Source of the DNA: Longivirga aurantiaca
GTDB taxonomy: Bacteria > Actinomycetota > Actinomycetes > S36-B12 > CAIYMF01
NCBI RefSeq assembly: GCF_042660085.1
Contig: NZ_JBHSTI010000058.1
Location: 16,665 to 48,664, forward strand
Length of the DNA stretch: 32,000 nucleotides
Direction of reading: 5' to 3'
A model generated the notes under the pieces. That model was given only the letters and a program-made list of their open reading frames with translations. It searched no databases and was not told where the DNA came from. Both the position numbers and the translations under genes were made by a program. Below are positions 27,801 to 32,000 of the stretch, in pieces (position 1 is the first letter of the stretch; the number at the start of each line of letters is the position of its first letter).

Positions 27801-28237
27801 CCGTGCGCACCGACTGGCACGACCTGCTCCGTCTGGCCCGCCACGGGCTTATCAAGGACGACGGCGACCAGCTGAACGCGGCACTCAGACTCGTCCGCGG
27901 CCGCCCCTTCCTCGGAGTCGACCCGGCCGGCTACGCGTGGGCAGAGGCCGACGCGCAGACGATGATCAGCACCATCGTCGACATCGCCCACGACACCGCC
28001 ACCCACCTCATGGACAACGGGAGACCGACCGCCGCTCGGTCCGCACTCGCCACAGGACTCACCGTGGAGCCCGCCAGTGAGGCCCTCGCCTACCAGGCCA
28101 TGCTCCTCGCGGCACGAACCGGCGACCGCTGCGAACTCGAGCGGCTTGCCCACCGACTTCGCGAGCAAGTCAGGGCTATCGACCCCGACGCGACACTGGA
28201 CGCGACCTTGAGCGCACTACTGACGACGAGCAAATGA
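24854..28237 (+). CDS. Membrane protein with two LysM domains and a C-terminal wHTH + BTAD (SARP-like) domain
   Basis: 1127 aa. N-terminal TM helices. LysM 1 is VVRGDTLWDLAATHLGDGARFREIARLN...GWVLLLP and LysM 2 is VVQRGDTLWDIAAHQLGDPLRYREIHQLN...GWILLLP. A Pro-rich linker follows, then TM IVLGLTALTATGFLAELA and RRRRRQQQQRR. The C-terminus is OmpR-like/BTAD (RIMLLGRVDV...LELLAYLALHPGASASELDDALWP...GYRLH...WHDLLRLA...LRLVRGRPF). ATGA overlap with the tadG-like gene. Confidence 0.85.
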   Translation: MTRATTLATSRGAESVTHAGRRRRGAEIVRAVAALLVLAALIVGIPALLLVVAPALDWPTLSWQAITSALTRPDDGHLLLTALTLLAWAAWAVFAVSVVVETVAMLRGLPTPRLPLAGAPQKLAASLVASAAMLLAAPSGTAPGHIPPVPAVAADPAPTGSASSAQLPTSAPATGRPAAQPTAAPTSPQPRADHGAARASASSTSVHAHANDQVHQAGRAARDLTITVVRGDTLWDLAATHLGDGARFREIARLNYGRPQHDGRTLTDTHWIHPGWVLLLPEQHAAAPDTAHAPKPTPQPATQNGGSEHRTYVVQRGDTLWDIAAHQLGDPLRYREIHQLNRDRTQPDGQHLDDPRLIQPGWILLLPARHDADPAPGTAPTAPPRTPEAPPVDEPDGRAPVIPAPTTPRAVTAPPHRTPAVEPERTAAATPAPTEPSAQQTATPAAEAEAGDAISRSWSQIVLGLTALTATGFLAELARRRRRQQQQRRPGQRLPLPTGDPAAAERILRSARTPVTLDTVASALQQMADGCRTTGRPMPRLLAVLVGQHQLDIIVDVSMGNGAAGDEPPPAAPFTNAPAGEAPVGDNVVLWRLDPTALESAPGEDSAPSMSGIVAYPALVTLGTVEDRMFLLNLEAAGTFELVGDDHATAAVLRTLGVELATSPLSAASTLILTDHLRDLADVADPDRVAAVDDTAAARRADVRLATVRQALDAEDLPDLHDARSTGRALDHWAPEVHLGHDNAICPAPWSGVAVVTTASASRESATGWMMRVHADADAVLEPLGVHIVASRLSDTDYESLLALLDAANQQPEYVTEVAPGWERPATGSTAHIGELDESEEADDVESLIEQLISTAPLALRSRRAAVIAALPDIPGTADERDLEPDPDTPRIMLLGRVDVAGASTPATARRGRSLELLAYLALHPGASASELDDALWPGQRVTYDMRNSLISRTRTWLGTDHDGRPYLEHSNNSGRGYRLHPAVRTDWHDLLRLARHGLIKDDGDQLNAALRLVRGRPFLGVDPAGYAWAEADAQTMISTIVDIAHDTATHLMDNGRPTAARSALATGLTVEPASEALAYQAMLLAARTGDRCELERLAHRLREQVRAIDPDATLDATLSALLTTSK

Positions 28238-28537
28238 CTCCGCCGGGAAGCCGCCGAGGCTGGACGTGTCCACGGAGCATTGCCGGAGCGGGCTGGACGA
28301 GATGCAGGGCATTCACTTCAGCTTCCGCGGTGCGATGCTGGGCATCCGCAATCCCGAGCTCACGAACTGTTCGGACACGAGGACCCAGAGAGCGCCCGTG
28401 AGTACCTCGGGTCCGCGAGTCTGCTGCACCGCCGCCTCGATATCGCTCAACAGAAGCTCGACGCGGGCTGATCTGGTCGCCTCAGCCATCTCCCCCAGGT
28501 CCCTATTCGCGAACTGCGTAGAGTTGATGGCGATCGG

Positions 28538-29260
28538 CTAGGCAGGCAGCAAGGGCAGGGCGAGTTGTGCCCTCGCAGCTCGCCGGACTTCGGACCTTCT
28601 CTGTGGGTCGCGCAAGGCGTCCTGCCGTGTCGGCCCGTCGGCGCTTGGCTGGCTGCGGAGGAAGTCGTGACACTCGTGTTCGGCGGCGGCGGGGTCGGCC
28701 CCCTGGGTCACACGCTCGCTTACCCAGTCCTCGGTCAGTTCCGCTTCGGCAGAAGGCCCCGCGGTGACTTCTGCGAAGAGATGGGTCGGGACGATGACTC
28801 GGCTGTTGTGGTGGACCCACCGCTGAAGGAGGAGGTTCACACCGACCTCGGAAAGGCAGGCGACACGGTCGTACGCGGCAAGGTCCTCCGGGGTGACCAC
28901 CAGGATCTGGTTGAACTTGCCCGCGCGGTGACCGGAGTCGCCTCCGACGGCTTCCAGCAGCTCAGGCAGTGGCATGAGCTTGAAGCTCCCCTTCCACTGT
29001 TCCGTGGAGAGCAGCGGTGCCGGCTCGACCTCCGCTACGAGAATGCGCGGGACAAGGTCAACTCCGTTGATGCGGAGCGCGCAGGGGTGCTGGAGTACGA
29101 GCAGCTGCGAGGGACCGACGGCCTCGCTGGCCTGGCCCTCCGCAAGCGGGCGCGGAGTGAACACGTCTCCGGTGAAGACGGGCCGCTCATCAGCGACGTC
29201 CTCTCCACGCGCGAGATACAGCTCTCCCCAGTCATGGGGTGCCTCGAGCTCACTGGGCAT
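28538..29260 (-). CDS. Hypothetical protein, third gene of the three-gene operon (no family recognised)
   Basis: 240 aa. The ATG at 29258-29260 lies 1 nt from the upstream stop (29262-29264). Non-artefactual composition. Conserved-looking blocks are RPVFTGDVF and LLVLQHPCALR. Confidence 0.65.
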   Translation of the reverse strand: MPSELEAPHDWGELYLARGEDVADERPVFTGDVFTPRPLAEGQASEAVGPSQLLVLQHPCALRINGVDLVPRILVAEVEPAPLLSTEQWKGSFKLMPLPELLEAVGGDSGHRAGKFNQILVVTPEDLAAYDRVACLSEVGVNLLLQRWVHHNSRVIVPTHLFAEVTAGPSAEAELTEDWVSERVTQGADPAAAEHECHDFLRSQPSADGPTRQDALRDPQRRSEVRRAARAQLALPLLPA

Positions 29261-29261
29261 G

Positions 29262-29900
29262 TCAGCCCTTGGTCCGGATGGACAGTTGCCCGTCCTCGGC
29301 CGCGAACACTTCGAAGTCCGAGCTGTACTGCTGACGCCAGTCGGGGTTCAGCTGGTTGAGGACGGTCTCCGTGTCTGTGTGGTTGCCCGCGTAGTCGAAC
29401 AGAAGCTGGTACTGCTCCTGTGCGTAGAGGTCGACGGGGGTGACCGGGATGCCCGTGACCAACGGCATCTCGAACCAGGACGCGACCTCACTGACGAGGT
29501 AATCCTCGGTGATCAGGTCGCAAGCTGCGACGAGGTTGGCGAGCATGCGCCGGTTGTCTCCAGTGACCTTGCCGCCCCGCCGCCACTTCTGCACTGACGG
29601 CACGCTCACGCGGACCATGCGGGCGATGTCTCGCCAGGAGAATCCGAGGTCTGACAGGTGACCCAGGAGTTCGAGGGGTGCCTCCTTGCCTCGACGCATT
29701 GCCCGGTCGGTCCACTCGTTGAGCTGGGTGTCGAGGTGTAGCCCTTGGGTGTCGTCGCTGAGCTGGCGCACCTGATGGCGTAGGAAGCCCGCCTTCTCCG
29801 TGAGCTGAGTCGATGTCTGGGTCGAGGAGCGCTGCGCTGCTTCCAGGCGGGGCACGCCGAGCTGCGACTCGGCTGTGGCCAGGTCGTTGTCACTTGCCAT
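29262..29900 (-). CDS. HTH (XRE-like) protein with C-terminal region resembling the MbcA/ParS (DUF2384) antitoxin toxin-binding domain
   Basis: 212 aa. HTH FSWRDIARMVRVSVPSVQKWRRGG. C-terminal VASWFEMPLVTGIPVTPVDLYAQEQYQLLFDY fits the W..P....G..P.dl pattern. The start overlaps the upstream gene's stop by 11 nt. Confidence 0.65.
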   Translation of the reverse strand: MASDNDLATAESQLGVPRLEAAQRSSTQTSTQLTEKAGFLRHQVRQLSDDTQGLHLDTQLNEWTDRAMRRGKEAPLELLGHLSDLGFSWRDIARMVRVSVPSVQKWRRGGKVTGDNRRMLANLVAACDLITEDYLVSEVASWFEMPLVTGIPVTPVDLYAQEQYQLLFDYAGNHTDTETVLNQLNPDWRQQYSSDFEVFAAEDGQLSIRTKG

Positions 29901-30732
29901 CGCGGCGAAGCACCTCGTCTCGGAGTCGGTCGGTGATCGAGCTTTCGAACAGGGTTCTCACTGGTCCGTGGAGCGCCTCCAACGCGCTCGTGACCGCGTT
30001 CAGGTCAAGCTCCGGAACCGCCTGTGTGGCCGGACCCCAGTAGCTGTCGATGTCGATCAGGAAGAAGGGTCCGGGCGGCGGGGTCTTGCGCCGTAGATCG
30101 CCGTCGGGGGCGAGGGCGTATCCCTCCCCGGTTCCGTAGCGCAGGACGAGCGACATCTGCTCGAAATCGCCAGCGTCCAGCTTGCCGGAGTAGGTGGAGA
30201 TGCCCTGCCACGCGTCGTTCGTCAGCTCCAGCTGATCAGCCAGGTGGTTCGGCCCCAGAAGGGTGGGTCCGATCCAGTCTCTCCATGAGCTGGTGTCGCC
30301 GACGCTGGGTACTCGGATCTCGTCGATGTAGCGCAGACCGAGTCGTTCCACCCCGTCGAGCGATCCGACGCTCAGCCGGGCTGAGAGCACCCGTTGGGTA
30401 AGCGCAAGAAACGCCTCGAACCCAGGGTATTCAGTCGTCTCGATGACCACGGCGTCCGCATGGAACGTCGCGCTCGTAATCAGGTCGCGGCTGAGGAAGC
30501 GGGGGGAGCTGATGGCCGTGGTGGGTTGGAACTGAGGGGCGGCGACGCCGGGACCGATGGTGGCGACCATGCCAGCGGGGCGATTGAGCGGCCTAGCCAC
30601 AGGCAGTTCGTCTGCCAGCGCACGCTTGAGTTGCTGCTTCTCCCTGTCGCTCAACGTGCCGGCATCGGGGTGGCGGATCTCCGCTGCCACCAGGACCAAG
30701 GGCGCGTTCGGGTAGACCTCGCGGCTGGACAC
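29890..30732 (-). CDS. TIGR04255-like uncharacterised protein
   Basis: The N-terminal VYPNAPLVLVAAEIRHP matches my recollection of the family's Y-x-N-A-P-[IL] opening. About 280 aa from GTG 30732, with AGGAG 13 nt upstream. The Cys-rich 48-aa extension to 30876 in the ORF track is probably not translated. Confidence 0.65.
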   Translation of the reverse strand: MSSREVYPNAPLVLVAAEIRHPDAGTLSDREKQQLKRALADELPVARPLNRPAGMVATIGPGVAAPQFQPTTAISSPRFLSRDLITSATFHADAVVIETTEYPGFEAFLALTQRVLSARLSVGSLDGVERLGLRYIDEIRVPSVGDTSSWRDWIGPTLLGPNHLADQLELTNDAWQGISTYSGKLDAGDFEQMSLVLRYGTGEGYALAPDGDLRRKTPPPGPFFLIDIDSYWGPATQAVPELDLNAVTSALEALHGPVRTLFESSITDRLRDEVLRRDGK

Positions 30733-31072
30733 GTTCGAGATGGTACTCCTCTCGCTACCCCAACGACAACCGGAACAACAACTGAAACAGTGACCGCAAT
30801 GTCGCAGGTGGCAATTGGGTTGGCCCCAAGACATCCCGTCGACCCAGCTTGGAGCCCCGCGCTGCCGCAGTAACAACAGTAGGAACCGGTCGGCCGCCGG
30901 CAGCTGGGCTGCACGGTGTCCCGGGTGGGTGCTTCACTGCCACGCCAGCCGTGGGGTGCTATGGCGCCATGTGTCGCAGCTCGACCCGGACTTCGTGCAC
31001 CATTGCCTTTGGGGGGTTACCGAGGTTTAGAGAATCTGGCTAAAGCGAACTAACATCGATAACATTGCCTGT

Positions 31073-32000
31073 GTGGACCCGCTGCGCAACCCCTACACGC
31101 CCAACGCTGGCGCGCGACCGCCGGTGATTTTGGGTCGCGACGACCAGTTGCAGACCTTCGCGCTGCTGCTGGCCCGGATGGCGGCCGGTCGCACCGAGCA
31201 GTCGATGATCATCACCGGTCTTCGCGGGGTTGGGAAGACGGTCCTGCTGGGAAGCTTCCGCACGGAGGCGCTCGGGCAGAGCTGGGTCGTGATCGACAGC
31301 GAGGTGAGCAAGCACTCCGACGACGCGTTCCGCCGCGACCTGGTGTCGGACTTCCGGACCGCGCTGTTCGAGCTGTCCCCGAAGGCGCGGTGGAGCGATC
31401 GGCTCAAGCGCGCTGCCTCGGTGTTGCGTTCCTTCTCGATCTCCGTCGACCCGTCCGGGTCGCTGACGGCTGGCGTCGACGTGGCTGCGCTGGAGGGGCA
31501 GGCGGACAGCGGCAACCTGCACCGCGACCTGAGCGATCTGTTCGTCGCGATCGGCGAAGCGGCGCAGGAGCAGGGCCGCGGGGTGGTCCTGCTCTACGAC
31601 GAGGTGCAGTTCCTCACCCAGCCCCAGCTCGAGGCGCTGATCGCGGCTCTGCACAAGACGGTGCAGCGCGGCCTCCCGGTCACTCTGGTTGGTGCGGGCC
31701 TTCCCCAGATCGCTGAGTTGGCAGGGGACGCGAAGTCGTACGCCGAGCGCCTGTTCAAGTTCCCGCGGATCGGCAGCCTGAGCGACGCGGACGCGAGCCG
31801 CGCGCTGGCCGACCCGGCCGAGAGCGAGGGCGCGACCTTCAGCCCTGGTGCGCTGCACCTCGCCGTCGAACTGACCGAGGGCTACCCGTACTTCATCCAG
31901 GAGTTGGGCTACGCCGTGTGGGGTGTGGCGGGCGGGCCGACGATCACCCCCGATGACGTCGAGGCGGCTCTGCCCCTATACGAGTCGAAGCTGGACTCCT
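31073..32000 (+). CDS. Large P-loop NTPase (AAA_16/Arch_ATPase-like 'ATP-binding protein'), 3' end outside the window
   Basis: Not in the supplied ORF track because it has no stop in the window. My translation from GTG 31073 is VDPLRNPYTPNAGARPPVILGRDDQLQTF...SMIITGLRGVGKTVLLGSF (Walker A) ... GRGVVLLYDEVQFL (Walker B) ... GYPYFIQELGYAVW. The frame is open to nt 32000. Confidence 0.8.
   Translation, partial: MDPLRNPYTPNAGARPPVILGRDDQLQTFALLLARMAAGRTEQSMIITGLRGVGKTVLLGSFRTEALGQSWVVIDSEVSKHSDDAFRRDLVSDFRTALFELSPKARWSDRLKRAASVLRSFSISVDPSGSLTAGVDVAALEGQADSGNLHRDLSDLFVAIGEAAQEQGRGVVLLYDEVQFLTQPQLEALIAALHKTVQRGLPVTLVGAGLPQIAELAGDAKSYAERLFKFPRIGSLSDADASRALADPAESEGATFSPGALHLAVELTEGYPYFIQELGYAVWGVAGGPTITPDDVEAALPLYESKLDS

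Larger units (their letters stand above)
11737..32000. mobile_element. Integrated genomic island / integrative element at tRNA-Gly. The left end is defined and the right end was not found in the window.
   Basis: An att fragment is followed immediately by int and an xis-like gene. I found no second copy of the 47-nt core between 11.8 and 32 kb, so the element extends at least through the tad operon. Whether 28.5-32 kb belongs to it is unknown. Confidence 0.45.

Noticed and set aside
28285-28292. GGAGCGGG 8-mer matching the start of the att core, considered as the missing right-hand att just after the LysM/BTAD gene.
   Set aside because: Identity does not extend convincingly beyond 8 nt, and an 8-mer match is expected by chance in this composition.
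28313-28489. 58-aa minus-strand ORF (MAEATRSARVELLLSDIEAAVQQ...) as a possible fourth gene downstream of the three-gene operon.
   Set aside because: It is short, has no recognisable motif, and its G-rich putative SD abuts the ATG with no spacer. It cannot be supported without homologues or expression data.

Overview
High-GC (about 72-75%) actinobacterial chromosomal DNA; no rRNA genes or CRISPR arrays seen. The window has four parts. (1) 1-7.5 kb looks like core genome. It carries a DabA/DUF2309 inorganic-carbon transporter subunit, a translationally coupled NarL/LuxR-type two-component pair, a probable truncated glutaminase remnant and a secreted S8 subtilase. (2) 7.6-11.8 kb is an accessory segment with a DUF1254/DUF1214 protein, a hypothetical protein and a SulP/STAS anion transporter. 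It is bracketed by decayed copies of a tRNA-Gly(CCC) 3' end, which suggests an integration hot spot. (3) From 11.74 kb to at least 28.2 kb lies an integrated element. It starts at a 47-nt tRNA-Gly(CCC) 3' fragment (att) and carries a tyrosine integrase and an excisionase-like HTH. These are followed by five family-less genes, a dense array of a 10-bp motif (GACTCCGTCA) in both orientations, a complete Gram-positive-type Tad/Flp pilus operon and a 1127-aa LysM-TM-wHTH/BTAD protein coupled to that operon. (4) 28.5-32 kb is a lower-GC module. It holds a tightly coupled three-gene minus-strand operon (TIGR04255-like, HTH with MbcA/ParS-like C-terminus, unknown 240-aa protein). A large P-loop ATPase that runs off the window is transcribed divergently from it. 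I rank this module as the best candidate for an undescribed (defence or toxin-antitoxin-like) system. The motif array plus orphan gene block on the integrated element comes second. All family assignments rest on motif-level reading of the translations, because no searches could be run.
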